Of a stretch of 62,769 nt of DNA, positions 49,473 to 62,769 are shown piece by piece (the first letter of the stretch is position 1; each line of letters begins with the position of its first letter). A program made the translations under genes and the position numbers. Source of the stretch: Octopus bimaculoides (Eukaryota); the NCBI RefSeq assembly GCF_001194135.2, contig NC_068998.1:13801209-13863977 (forward strand), in the 5' to 3' direction. The notes under the pieces were generated by a model. That model searched no databases. It saw only the letters and a list, made by a program, of their open reading frames with translations, and was not told where the DNA came from.

Positions 49473-50454
49473 CTTTTAAAAAAAAGGAAACAAAACAAAA
49501 CAAAAAACACCCTTAATAAAAGGCAGTTGCATATGATTTGAAGCAATCTTCCTGCTATTTCTAGTAAAATGAATAACAACATATAGACTCATTTCTTGGC
49601 ATTTCAAATAATACTGTGTACTGCTTGGCCTGTGAACAATTAGACAATGAAATTTCTCAATATAATTTCTTTGATACATTTTATCTTAAGTTCATACCCT
49701 GACACAACATTAATTTATTTCACTGATTGATCAATTAAGCATTACTAACACATCAATATAGAAAATATCTCCAACAGATGACATCCTACACATGAATGTC
49801 TTATTTCAGACTGAATGTATTTAATTTAGCTACACCAAGAATTAATTTGAGAATTAGTTGTCATCACGTAAGATGGCTAGATAGCGTTTCATTAGTGTAT
49901 TAATACTGCACTGACCTGATTTTATATTAATGTAAAGTACATAATATGCTTCTATAATATGCTTCTATAATTCTATCTAGATTTGTATTCATTAAACATG
50001 ATTGACATTCTCTTAGTCTGCATGATGTTCCTTAAATGGTTTCAGTAATTGGACTGTGGTCATGCAAAGTCTTCAGAAGTTTCAGCCGGTTTAGTTGAAC
50101 CTTAATACTTAGTCATCACCATGTCCATCTTCCATATTGGCATGAGCTGGATGGTTCGATAGGATCTGGCAAGTTTGAGGACTGCTTCATGAGCCAATGT
50201 CTGCTTTGGCTCAGTTTCTACAGTGGGATGCCCTTCCTAATGCCAACTATTTTACAGAGTGTACTGGGTGCTTTTCTTTTACCTTTTTGGTAGTGCCAGT
50301 ACATGCAGCTTGCAAAACTAAAATACTGTTCGATTGACTGGGATTACAGTAGAGAAGGAACAAGCTTTATGCTAGATGAGAGATTAAGGTATGAAAGAAT
50401 GAGCCAGAATAGAACAAACTTCTTGCTGTGAAGGAGTTACATGACTACTCACAT

Positions 50455-51061
50455 AAGGTGATTAAAGCTAAAAGGGTAATACGAGTGAAGTCAAATGAAG
50501 AAAAATATACGGATTAAATTAATGCATAATAAAAGTGACTAAAAATTTAAGGCAATAGAACTAAAATACTATAAATGTATAAAAACATAGGGCAAAGTGG
50601 TAACCAAAAAAAAGAGTCCATCCAAATCCATTTCTACGATCATTTCAAAAGACGTTGCCTCACTTTGTCAATGTAAAATCCATTAAGGAAATCCAAAGAC
50701 AATGACCTTTTCTTCAGGAGAAAATTTACAAAAGTCTCACATTTCTGGCTGTCAAATGGTCACGTCTCATGAAGAAAAGGTCATTGGTTTTCTCCTGAAG
50801 CAAAGGTCATTGCCTTTGATTTCCTTAATGGATTTTACATTGACCAAGTGAGGTAACATCTTTTGAAATGATCATAGAGATGGATTTGAATGGACTCTTT
50901 TCTGGTTACCACTTTGCCCTATATTTTTATATATTTATATTTATATTATTTTAGTTTCCTTGCCTGAAATTTTTAGTCGCTTTTATTCTGCATTAATTTA
51001 ATCCACATATTTTTCTTCATTTGACTTCCCCCCATATTACCCTTTTAGGTTTTATCACCTT
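50455..51061. repeat. Long inverted repeat with arms of about 270 bp (50455-50724 and 50788-51061) and a 63-nt spacer
   Basis: For example GGGCAAAGTGGTAACC / GGTTACCACTTTGCCC and GTCAATGTAAAATCCATTAAGGAAATC / GATTTCCTTAATGGATTTTACATTGAC. Confidence 0.9.
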
Positions 51062-51213
51062 TTATTCATATATATGTGTATATTTTATACTATTGGGTTT
51101 TACCATTGAATGCCCTGATGTTTTGAAATATATTTGTTTGATTTATGATAATATGAGAATGTTATAAAGTTGTTTTGACCAATTGGAGCATTTATTCATT
51201 ATAACTTTCAATT

Positions 51214-51249
<36 letters not shown>

Positions 51250-51548
51250 NNNNNNNNNNNNNNNNNNNNNNNNNNNNNNNNNNNNNNNNNNNNNNNNNNN
51301 NNNNNNNNNNNNNNNNNNNNNNNNNNNNNNNNNNNNNNNNNNNNNNNNNNNNNNNNNNNNNNNNNNNNNNNNNNNNNNNNNNNNNNNNNNNNNNNNNNNN
51401 NNNNNNNNNNNNNNNNNNNNNNNNNNNNNNNNNNNNNNNNNNNNNNNNNNNNNNNNNNNNNNNNNNNNNNNNNNNNNNNNNNNNNNNNNNNNNNNNNNNN
51501 NNNNNNNNNNNNNNNNNNNNNNNNNNNNNNNNNNNNNNNNNNNNNNNN

Positions 51549-51607
<59 letters not shown>

Positions 51608-51789
51608 ATATATATATATATTTATAGGATAACCCAATATATATAATTATCTTTTTCTGTCTGTCTTCAGTCTTTTTCCTCTCTTCTTTTTCTGAGAAAT
51701 TATTCTCTCCTTTTCACTGCCTCTGTTTCTCTTTCTCTAAATTGCATTTTCTCTCTCTTTATTTAAATTTACAAAGTTTATAATAATGA

Positions 51790-52030
51790 AGTCTATAATA
51801 TTTTGCTACTATTCTATACCTGTAAGATCACTTTATTAATAAATCGTCCTCCTACGCCTCACCTCTTCTTCATCATCATCATCATCATCTTCTTCTTCTT
51901 CTTCTTCTTCTCCCTCTCTCTTGCTAACAAGCACCATCACAGGTGTTGTCATCATTGTTGTTGTCACCACCACCACTACCACCATCACCAACACCAACAC
52001 CACCATCATCACCATCATTATGTTCACTAA
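51790..52030. repeat. (CAT)n/(CTT)n/(CAC)n compound microsatellite
   Basis: Seen directly. Confidence 0.9.
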
Positions 52031-52767
52031 TCCTTTTTCCCTTCAGACATACAGACGTTTTTTTGTTTTGTTTTTTTTTTGTTTCTGACAGCTCCTAACC
52101 ACAATTTTTTTTTAAATATTATAGTTTACATATATGAATGAATGAAAACAAAGACTATATCTGTAGCTAAAACAATAATTATGTTGGATGATCTTCTGCT
52201 AACTGGTGATTTGGACTGTCTGAAAGACCTTTGCCTGGAATTTCAAAATTAATCCACCATGAAATTTGGGAAGAAGAAATAAGTATATACATACATACAT
52301 ACACACACCTTGTCATACATACATACACACACAAATATACATATATTATTCAGATAAGAAAAGAAAGAGTTTAGCTCATCTTTAATGACCAGTTACAATT
52401 GTTTCTGTATCATCCTTTTTTTAACACCATTGCACACAAAAGTTCAGTGTGAAAAGTTGTGTAATATTTTGCAGTTTCAGACATGAGAGTGGCACTTCAT
52501 GAGACTTGCATCAAAAGGTGCACTTTCTCGTGTTTTAAACCACAAATTTTACATAACTTTTTACAATGAACCTTTATGTGCATTTGCATCAAAACAGTGT
52601 GCTGGACCCAAACATTAGTTTAACCGAAGTGACTCTTGGATTTTCTACCCCAGAAGAACTGTGATCATACTTTATTCAAGAGTGTAGATAACCCCAAGCT
52701 TGTATTGAGTGGTGTATTGAAAATATATAATAACTATATAATAATATATCATAATAATAATAATAAT

Positions 52768-52810
<43 letters not shown>

Positions 52811-54127
52811 NNNNNNNNNNNNNNNNNNNNNNNNNNNNNNNNNNNNNNNNNNNNNNNNNNNNNNNNNNNNNNNNNNNNNNNNNNNNNNNNNNNNNNNNNN
52901 NNNNNNNNNNNNNNNNNNNNNNNNNNNNNNNNNNNNNNNNNNNNNNNNNNNNNNNNNNNNNNNNNNNNNNNNNNNNNNNNNNNNNNNNNNNNNNNNNNNN
53001 NNNNNNNNNNNNNNNNNNNNNNNNNNNNNNNNNNNNNNNNNNNNNNNNNNNNNNNNNNNNNNNNNNNNNNNNNNNNNNNNNNNNNNNNNNNNNNNNNNNN
53101 NNNNNNNNNNNNNNNNNNNNNNNNNNNNNNNNNNNNNNNNNNNNNNNNNNNNNNNNNNNNNNNNNNNNNNNNNNNNNNNNNNNNNNNNNNNNNNNNNNNN
53201 NNNNNNNNNNNNNNNNNNNNNNNNNNNNNNNNNNNNNNNNNNNNNNNNNNNNNNNNNNNNNNNNNNNNNNNNNNNNNNNNNNNNNNNNNNNNNNNNNNNN
53301 NNNNNNNNNNNNNNNNNNNNNNNNNNNNNNNNNNNNNNNNNNNNNNNNNNNNNNNNNNNNNNNNNNNNNNNNNNNNNNNNNNNNNNNNNNNNNNNNNNNN
53401 NNNNNNNNNNNNATATATGAAATTAATTTGTATAAAAATCATTAAGAAGAGTACTCCATCTAATGAAAGTCTAATATTACTATAAATGCTTCATACTACA
53501 TGCATTGTATGCACTACTAATAGTTTTACGTATTTTCATCAGGCACTGATTGAAGTATGCAACCCAGAGGTTTACGTTTAAATAGAGGACAGGTGTGAAG
53601 CAATATGAAAGCAAAACGTACCTAATGGAAGATTCCACCAAGATAGGTGAATGAATAATAAAAAACCAAAAAGAAAAAATTTTTTAATAAATAAAATTAT
53701 ATATAAAAATTTTATAAGGTATATTAAAATATATTAAAATATATTAAGAGGTAATTTTAAAAAGCTATAAATGCGTGAATGAACATGAAAAGTACGAAGA
53801 AAATACAAAATACAAAATATAAATAAAATATAAAAGAAAAACTGAAATTTATTATATATACAAAGACTCTAAAGAGCTCAAATACCGTGCACATACAAAG
53901 CCACACACAGTACATACACTATACAAATTATATTAAATATACATTATAGATAAATATACATAAATCTTGTAAATATAAACGGAAAAATCTGATAGAGAAT
54001 ATACATAAATCGTGTAAATATAAGTGGAAGAATTTGATGGTCGATAATAGGATACAAAATGAAATGACAGGGTGGAAAAAATTTAAATTTTGATATAACT
54101 TGACGCATCTATCTATCTATCTATCTA

Positions 54128-54539
54128 TACTCTTTTACTCTTTTACTTGTTTCAGTCATTTGACTGCGGCTATGCTGGAGCACCGCCTTTAGTCGAGCAT
54201 ATCAACCCCAGGACTTATTCTTTGGAAGCCTAGTACTTATTCTATCGGTTTCTTTTGCCGAACCGCTAAGTGACGGGGACGTAAACACACCAGCATTGGT
54301 TGTCAAGCAATGCTAGGGGGACAAACACAGATACACAAACACATACACACACACATATATATATATACATATATACGATGGGCTTCTTTCAGTTTCCGTC
54401 TACCAAATCCACTCACAAGGCTTTGGTCGGCCCGAGGCTATAGTAGAAGACACTTGCCCAAGGTGCCACGCAGTGGGACTGAACCCGGAACTATGTGGTT
54501 GGTAAGCAAGCTACTTACCTCACAGCCACTCCTGCGCCT
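54128..54539 (-). mobile_element. SINE family A, full length
   Basis: Near-identical to 27803-28203. Confidence 0.92.
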
Positions 54540-54971
54540 ATATANNNNNNNNNNNNNNNNNNNNNNNNNNNNNNNNNNNNNNNNNNNNNNNNNNNNNNNN
54601 NNNNNNNNNNNNNNNNNNNNNNNNNNNNNNNNNNNNNNNNNNNNNNNNNNNNNNNNNNNNNNNNNNNNNNNNNNNNNNNNNNNNNNNNNNNNNNNNNNNN
54701 NNNNNNNNNNNNNNNNNNNNNNNNNNNNNNNNNNNNNNNNNNNNNNNNNNNNNNNNNNNNNNNNNNNNNNNNNNNNNNNNNNNNNNNNNNNNNNNNNNNN
54801 NNNNNNNNNNNNNNNNNNNNNNNNNNNNNNNNNNNNNNNNNNNNNNNNNNNNNNNNNNNNNNNNNNNNNNNNNNNNNNNNNNNNNNNNNNNNNNNNNNNN
54901 NNNNNNNNNNNNNNNNNNNNNNNNNNNNNNNNNNNNNNNNNNNNNNNNNNNNNNNNNNNNNNNNNNNNNNN

Positions 54972-55135
54972 NTCTGGTCGACCTGAAGTTGATGATGACC
55001 GAATCAAAGCCTTGAATCTGATTGCCATATAACAGTGCAAGAGACTGCAGAGAGCTTAAATGTATCACACACAACAATTGAAAATCCTTTAAAATGTCTT
55101 GGAGTCGTTAAGAAGCTCGATATCTAGGTTCCAAG
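54972..55135 (+). mobile_element. Mariner transposase fragment
   Basis: Translates SGRPEVDDDRIKAL...ETAESLNVSHTTIEN.L..LG.VKKLDI*VP (the WVPH region). Confidence 0.75.
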
Positions 55136-56677
55136 ATGAGAAGGATGACTTCCCTTTGCAAATACTGATGGGGCACAGAATGTGTGTCAATAGCCAGCTG
55201 GAGGAGATGTCTTCCTGGGGCTACAAGCTACAGTAGCATCCACCCTTAAGGGTTAGCCACATTTAAGTGGCAAATATACTTCACAATACATATATTTGAT
55301 TGCGTATCTATTTTACATTAGGCAATGTTGTCTAAGATATCAGATTTTTTAAGATGGTGGCATGTGATTTAAGCAAAATCTGACGATTATTTCATAGAAG
55401 CTTTCTTATTGGCTGAATTACTTGAGTGTTGATCTTGAGTGCTGTTGCCTTCCTATAATCCCTGATCAACTCAGATTGAGCAGACTTACAATTACAGATA
55501 CTCCAGCAATGGCCATCCTGCCTTTTTTATATCAAGAACTATTCTATCCAATATGTCCTTTCCTGTTTTGGAAATGACAGGTTGTGATTTGAGGAAGATT
55601 AAGCTGATATATTTAGTAAGTTGCATGACTACATTGACACTGCATCTCAGTATATTTATGTAATGTTTAATATTTTTGGTTTGGTATTTTAACAATCACT
55701 GCGCATCACAGTGAACTCACAGCATATTTTATGTGTGAACTCACAGTATATTTTTTCAATGATTTACTTAAGCAAAATCTAAAATAAAGAAATTGTTTGT
55801 ATTTTGCTCCACAAAATTTTGTTATTTTGGCATGTTATTTTGATATTAAGTATATCATATATCTGTCTTTCTGTTTCACATATATGCTGAGTGATCTGGA
55901 ATTCATGTATAAAAAATGAAAATACCACAGGAATACATTCACATATATCCTTTTTGCTGGAAAATAACATCGACTTTTCCTTCAAAAAAAATTCTTCGAA
56001 CTTTCTTGAAAAGAAATAATTTAGAAAATTGTCAATTTTTCTTTTAAGAAATCAATTTTACATAAGAAGTAACTTTTGTGTATACCATACATAATTATTT
56101 TAGGGTCTTGTTTTTTTGGATAAACATATGCTATACGTTGGAAAAATATAGTAGTTAACTATTAATTATAAGCCATTAATTAACTGCAATTAGATTCTTG
56201 TGGCTATGATTGTTAGCAGTACCAAATATATTCAAATAATAGCTTGAAATTTTGGCACAGGGTCAGCAATTTTAGGGGAGGGGTACATCAATTACATCAA
56301 CCTCAGTTTTCAGCTGGTGCTTATTTTATCGAACCCTAGGGGATGAAAAGCAAAGTCAACCTTGATGGTATTTGAACTCAGAAGACAGATGAAATGCCAC
56401 TAAGCATTTTGCCTGGCATTGCTAAAGATTCTGCTAGCTTGCTGCCTTTGTACATTCAAATAATGGCTTCAATTTCTTTTATTATTTTACTATGCTTTTA
56501 CTGGTTACAATCATCAAACTGTGATCAACTAGGAGCAAGAATAATTAAAGCTCAGACATTGATTTTAATAGTCTTTAAGGGTCTACCAATACTCTTTTCT
56601 ACTCTAGGCACAAGACCCAAAATTTTGGGGGAGGGGGCCAGTCGATTAGATCGACCCCAGTACGCAACTTGTACTTA

Positions 56678-57150
56678 TCAGGTCATCCCATAAGTTCTGT
56701 CCGATTTTACCTTTTTAAAAATTGAATGAAATTTAATAGTATTTTTGAATGTCAAATGGAATTTAAAATTATTTTTATGCATTTGTGTACATTTAAATTA
56801 ATTAAATATTATTTTACAGAATAATAGAATTAAAATTTCTTTGATTGAAACCCTTTCTAACGTGGAAGTATCCAAAGAGCATTTGAGGCACATAATGCTT
56901 TATGAGNNNNNNNNNNCAGCTGAAGCAACTCGAAACATTCACTCAGTTTATGGGAAAGAATGTTTGAATGAAAGAACTTGCAGAAGATGGTTTGCAAAAT
57001 TCAGAAGTGGAGATTTCAGCCTTAAAGATGAAGATCGAACAGGACGTCAAGTTGAATTTGATGATAAGCTCCTCGAGGCATTACTTGAAGAAAATCCTGC
57101 ATTATCAGTTGAAGAATTGACAATAAAGCTTGCTTCAAACCATACAACTC
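56678..57150 (+). mobile_element. Mariner element 5' part: TIR plus HTH region of the transposase
   Basis: TA|TCAGGTCATCCCATAAGTTCTGTCCG TIR. Translates HLRHIMLYE...AEATRNIHSVYG...RTCRRWFAKFRSGDFSLKDEDRTGR (Mos1/SETMAR-like). Truncated. Confidence 0.85.
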
Positions 57151-57297
57151 ATTTCTACAGCTGAGTGAACTGGAGCAACATGAAATAAAGTGTCTTGCTC
57201 AAGAACACAACACACAGCCTGGACCAGGAATCGAACTTACTACCTCATAATTGTGAGCCTGATTGATGCTCTAACCACTGAACCATGCACCTTCACC
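57150..57297 (-). mobile_element. tRNA-derived SINE family D (GTGTTCTTGAGCAAGACACTT and CCAGTTCACTCAGCTG domains)
   Basis: tRNA-like head on the minus strand. A related segment lies at about 47180-47345. Confidence 0.65.
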
Positions 57298-57789
57298 TTT
57301 TGGTATATAGAATTTAAAAAACCTAATATTTTGAATAGAAACATACTATTTTCCAATTGCCAACACAGACTATCACTAGTTTCTTTGGATTGAGCTGTTC
57401 TGCTTTTTTTACTGTATTGTTGTGAACTCATATAATTCTGTTTTCAGCATCACCATATAATGACTTTATCTTATAATGCTGACGTTCAAGAATTTGCACA
57501 TGTTGTGTGAGGAATGGCAATTTGTTGAACTTTAACATTTCTCACTAATCAGCTATACCGAGTTAAGCTGACAAATATGATAGTTATTGATTAATGACAA
57601 TTGCTATATAAATCAATGATAGGGATTCAGGTGAGTATATAAATTATATAAATGTCTATATGCTAGTATGTTGGGCTGGCTATCTTATAAATATACATGC
57701 ACACATAGATACATAGATACATAGATACATACATGCATGCATGCATACATACATACATACATACCTCCTTGAGAAACATTCCTTGTCTG

Positions 57790-58125
57790 ATAACTTTAAA
57801 TACATGCCCGAAGAAGTTGCACGACTCTACTGCAACGTATCATCAGATGAAAGGGCGAGCATATATGAGCAGAAGGCTATGCATGGATATGTTAGCAGAA
57901 AGCTCCGAGATGATAGTAGCATTGATCATCAAAGCAGTCTGTCATGGGCCAATAGCCAGAATACTACCTCCCGATTTGAAGGGCATGCATTTGCAATCCA
58001 GGAACAGGGAATATCAATCAAATACTTGTTGTACAAAAGGGATAGAGATGCAGGAAAAGCAGTAAAATATAACAACCGATGCTGACTTTGTGGAGTTAAT
58101 ACTGAAGATATCACCCACATCATAA
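57790..58125 (+). mobile_element. R4/Dong-like element, zinc-knuckle remnant
   Basis: Translates SRFEGHAFAIQEQGISIKYLLYKRDRDAGKAVKYNNRC*LCGVNTEDITHIIS (CCHC). Confidence 0.75.
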
Positions 58126-58134
58126 GCACTTCGA

Positions 58135-58935
58135 CAGAGTGTAAGCTTCTTGAGGAAAAAGTTAGGCATAAGAAGAATGAGATGAGGTGTACAAGAGAGA
58201 CAACTGTGCTGGTATGGCCATGTGATGCTTATGGATGAGGACAACTATGCAAACAACTATGTAAAGAAGTGATGATCTCTAATTGTAGAGGGAACCTATG
58301 GTAAAGGTAAACCCAGGAAGACATGGGGCAAGGTGGTGAAGCATGATCTGCGAACTTCAAGTCTCACAGAGGCAATGACTGGTGACCGAGACCTTTGGCC
58401 ATGTGCTGTGCTTGAGAAGACCTTTGGCCAAGTGCACCCATGCTGGTGGCTCATAAAGAACATCTTTTGAACGTTGGGCCTCACAGAAGCAAAGTGGTTG
58501 AGTTCCTTTCAAGTGTTGGGCCTCATGGAAGCAAAATGACTGAATTCCTTTTGAGTGTTGGGTCTCACAGAGGCAGTGGCTGAGTTCCTTTCACATGTTG
58601 GGCCTCAGGGAGGCAATGACCAAGACCTTTGGCATTATGTTACGCTTGAGAAGACCCATCAAGCTGAGAAAAATCGCAGTCGTGGCAGATACCGGTGTCA
58701 CACAAATTGGCATCCATGCCAGTGGCACGTAAACGCACCCCGGAGTCATGCAAATAACACCCATGTTGGTGGCACCCATTACATTCTTGGAGTGGCTGGC
58801 ATTAGGTAGGGCGTCCAGCCATAGAAAACCTGGAGTCTGGTACAGCCTTCTAGCATGCAAGCCCAGTCAAACCATCCAACCCATGCAGTATGGACAACAG
58901 ATGTTAACTGGTGATGATGATGATGATGATGATGA
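58135..58935 (+). mobile_element. RTE LINE 3' end (ORF2 C-terminus, UTR and (GAT)n tail)
   Basis: Translates LREKLGIRR...LCWYGHV...G.PRKTW..VVKHDL. Has the GGCGTCCAGCCATAGAAA 3' motif and a (TGA)n tail. Confidence 0.85.
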
Positions 58936-60254
58936 TATGTGTGTGTGTGTGTGTGTGTTTTTTTACTCTTTATTACTTTCTTCCTTGCCTCACTTCCATT
59001 TCCAAATCTAATGTTCTATATATTTTACCTCATCATTCATTTTTAGCTAAGCATTATTACGTATAGACAACTAGACTAAAACAACAATGCTTATAGACAT
59101 GCATCCTCTCCTTCAAACCCCAATTATAACTCCCACTTAAGGAATGTTTAATTATATCTTAACAGAACATACCTATAATTAAGCTATCTTTATAATTACA
59201 ATTATCATAGACTTGCTTACTTCCCTATATAAACACTTATCTGTCAATACATCCTATCGTTATCAGAATGAAATACATTTTATGTATTAGACACACACAT
59301 ATGTTTCTAATATTAAATCAAATCACATCCAATACACCATATGATCACAAATTTCTAATTTCTAATAATATGCTGCTGTAAGAAATCACTCTTTGGTTTT
59401 TCTCACACCTTGTTAACACACTTACTTGTAATATTAAATTAGGTTAAGGTAGCAAATTGATAGAATTGTTTGTATGCTGAACAAAATCTTTAGTGGCATT
59501 TCATCCACATTTATGTTCTGCATTCAAATTCTGATGGTGTTGACTTTGCCTTTCAGGAAAAGAAGTACCAGATGAACAATGGGGGCATTGTAATTGACTT
59601 GCCCCCGACCCCGAAATTGCTGGCCTTGTGCCAAAATTTGAAGTCAGTATTAAATTAGGTTATGTGCCAGTGATATATAAAAAAACACCCAGAACACACT
59701 GTTAAATAGTTGGCATTGGGAAGGGCATCCAGCTGTAGAAACCCTACCCCAACAGACAGTTGGGGTATGGATAGTTCCCTGTTAACTAGCTCCATGTCAA
59801 AACGTCCAACTCATTCCAGCATGGAAAGCGGATGTTAAATAACGATAATGATGGTGATGTTAATGTGGCTAGCTAGTAGAATCGTTAGCACACTAAGAAA
59901 AATAAATGCTTAGTGGCATTTCATCCATTTTAACATTCTGCATTCAAATTTTGCTGAGGTTGACTTTACCTTTCATCCCTTCGAAGTCGATGAAATACGT
60001 ACCAGTTGAATACTGGGGTCAATGTAATTGATTAGACACTCTCCCCTGAAATTACTGGCCTTGTGTCAAAATTTGAAACCAATATGATATTGGTTTCTAA
60101 ACACCATTTTATTTATAATTTGGTAATCTAAATAGCATTCAGCATTTATATTAACCATTTTGTTACTGTATTTATTTTGAGATGCTCTGTTTCTTTCAAT
60201 TAATTTTAAATATAACAAAGAATTTAGCAAAATAATTTACTTATCATTAAGTTG

Positions 60255-60560
60255 TAGAGGCACATGGCCTAGTAGTTAGAGCAGCGGACTCACAGTCGAC
60301 AGATCGCGAGTTCAAATCTCAGACCAAATGATGTGTATGTTTATGAGTGTAACACCTAAGCTCCATGTGACCTTCTGGCAGAAGGTAATAGCAAACTTCT
60401 GCTGACTCTTTTGCCACAACTTTCTCTCACTCTTTCCTCCTGCATCTAACAGTTCACCTGCGATGGACCAGTGTCCTGTCCAGGTGGGGAACCTATACAC
60501 CAATGAAACCGGTAAACTGGCCCTTATGAGTCTGGCATGGCTCAACAATGAACAAACAAC
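60255..60560 (+). mobile_element. Diverged SINE family B variant
   Basis: GAGGCACATGGCCTAGTAGTTAGAGCAGCGGACTC head with a different 3' half. Confidence 0.7.
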
Positions 60561-61771
60561 AACATCATCATTAAGCTCGTGTTAGGAACATACATTATGA
60601 CTAAGGTTTGGTGGAAGATTTTAATTCAAAACAAGACATTTGTCCTACAGAGCCAGAGGTGGTTTCAGCCAGGTTAGTATCAAAAGTGTTAATGTTGCAC
60701 CTAAACATCTAGTTCCTCTCTGCACCATTTCTTTTCATTCAACTATTGTCATTTTACAATGTAGCAAATATACATATTAGCCATTCAAAAACACAGAGAA
60801 CCTGTTAACTTTACTTAAACATTTATTATTTCTCATCAAAACTTTCATTGCACCAACTGCGATCTGGATTGCAGAATAACTGTGTTAAACATCAGGTCAT
60901 AGTTAGTACAATGAAAATTTTGGCACACAATAATAAAATAAAAAGCTAATTGAAGGTACAGCTTTTGCGCATTTCTGAAAGGCTAATAGGTCTCTCCCAT
61001 TCTGTAATTGTTTTAGTTCCAACACACAATCTCAGATCAGATCAGATCACTTGCCTGGCAAGTACATCTCTGAAAGATAATACCATTTCTCTACAGTTTC
61101 CATACATCTACTAATCTTTACAAACAGTATTACTCACAAATCTAGTGCAATACATATTATCTTCCCGTCTTTTTCTGGCAGAAAAACTCATAAAATCAAT
61201 ATAATTATCATCAATTTATCAACCACTAAAATAATCTAGTAAATCATTTTACTCGATAATTTTATCTCGTAAAATAATATTTCTAATATTCTTATATTGT
61301 TTAATTCCAATCCATGTAACATCACATTATAACTTTCTCCCCAACCCTCATTACTTCATTAAATCTGTCTCTCTTAAGCTGTTCATCTAAACACTTTATA
61401 GTATACGGTCTTATCTTGTTATAACCACTTTCTTTTGTAATACAAATAGGCAGTTTATACAATATCACCATATCATTGTTTCCCTTGCTATTATTTTAAT
61501 AATGATTTATAGACTGTATCATTGTATACTTAACAATGCAGATGAATGATAATATTTAAGTATAACTTCATTAGAAAAACAAATTATTATCAAGATATGT
61601 TTATTTCACTTGGTTAATATCGGTGCAAACATAGACATTTTACTTCTGTTGTGACTTGTTTGTCACCTCTATTTTAGATATTGGAAATAAAATGGATGGA
61701 TTACTGTTGATTTTGATGATAATTATTTAGTTATTTGATCAGCTGAACTACCTGCTCAATGAATTAACATA

Positions 61772-62165
61772 TATGAAGTGCGATCAAAAAGTATTGGGAC
61801 TGTTGCTATGGTAGCAGAGCTAAAACATGCAGATTGAAGCCGTTTGGCACAGACTGACCTTGAGTTCTGCTGCACATGCACACTACTAAGTCATGACATT
61901 CTCACTCATTTCTGTTATTTATAGCAGTGTTTGGAAGTAAAGTGTGTAGAGTATGGTTATCTCAAAAAGAAGATCAGGTTTCAATTGCACAGGATTTCCT
62001 TGATTGTGTCAAGGAAGATGAAAATGTTTTGAAAATGGTTATAACAGGTAATGAATCATGGATCTATGGCTATAACCCTGAAACCAAGGCTCAGTCTTTG
62101 CAGTGGAAGTCCCCAACAAGATTTTAAGATGTTGAAGAAATCCAAGAGAATGCGACAAGGCTGGC
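61772..62165 (+). mobile_element. Internally deleted mariner element
   Basis: TIR-like TATGAAGTGCGATCAAAAAGTA. Translates AQDFLDCVKEDENVLKMVITGNESWIYGYNPETKAQSLQWKSP (the TGDETW motif). Confidence 0.8.
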
Positions 62166-62216
62166 TATCCTTGATATATATAGAAAGATATATATAGAGA
62201 GAGTTTATACATGTTA

Positions 62217-62253
<37 letters not shown>

Positions 62254-62652
62254 TGCATGCGTGCATGCATGTGTATGTGCACAAAATTTCAAGAGATGTT
62301 GATCTTATTCTCCTGATACAGGTTACAGTAAGGGTAAATATGGATTGATTCAAGAAAATGTTTTTCGAATTCCTTGGAATATAGATCATACCATTATATC
62401 CAGACAGTATTCTTGTTAACATAACGATGTAATTCTTTTTATCTTATAGCTTCAGCTCTTGTTGAAGCTTTGAAGCTGGTTTCAGAATAACAAAGAATAG
62501 GTTAAATGATATTCATTCTGAGAAGTAAAATTATCCACATCAGGAGATCAGAATATTGAAGATGGTGCCAAGTAAATAGGTTGTTTATAAGAATAGATAT
62601 TTTGACATTATGGAAAGCATGAAATCGTTCTTCTTCACTTGAAGATTTCATA

Positions 62653-62693
<41 letters not shown>

Positions 62694-62769
62694 GTATATA
62701 TATATATATATACATGTATATATATATATACACACATAAACATATGTATATATACATATACATATATAT

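Noticed and set aside
50788-50840. Hammerhead in the 600-bp fold-back (CTGAAGA plus a stem-II-like hairpin)
   Set aside because: It is followed by GATTTCC rather than GAAA, and there is no stem I complement.
653-55077. Long ORFs of 150-370 aa in the track (653-1609, 2038-3000, 5624-6559, 39797-40921, 52636-53445, 54310-55032 and others)
   Set aside because: They are made of X residues from N-gaps plus microsatellite or SINE flanks, so they are artefacts.

Overview
Eukaryotic, AT-rich, gap-ridden genomic DNA. It is almost certainly a coleoid cephalopod (Octopus-type), judged from several abundant tRNA-derived SINE families and dense (TA)n/(CA)n/(TACA)n microsatellites that flank most N-gaps; the species call is an inference. 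There is no long intact ORF, and every long ORF in the track is an N-gap or microsatellite artefact. The window is a transposon graveyard: several Penelope-like (RT/GIY-YIG) remnants, RTE, R4/Dong-like and L1/Tx1 LINE fragments, mariner, maT (DD37D) and hAT remnants, and four copies of a roughly 255-bp Mutator-like MITE with 9-bp TSDs and central TTAGGG repeats. A few short candidate exons suggest at least one gene with large introns. The most unusual signals are: (i) a fold-back whose arms each carry a type-I hammerhead-ribozyme topology with a swapped G3-C8 core, with related motifs at Penelope-like ends; (ii) an HDV-like pseudoknot pairing pattern in an RTE-like 5' UTR; (iii) a head-to-head pair of paralogous 5' regions around an RFX/CCAAT promoter; (iv) a shift to CpG decay near 29 kb that suggests a methylated gene body.
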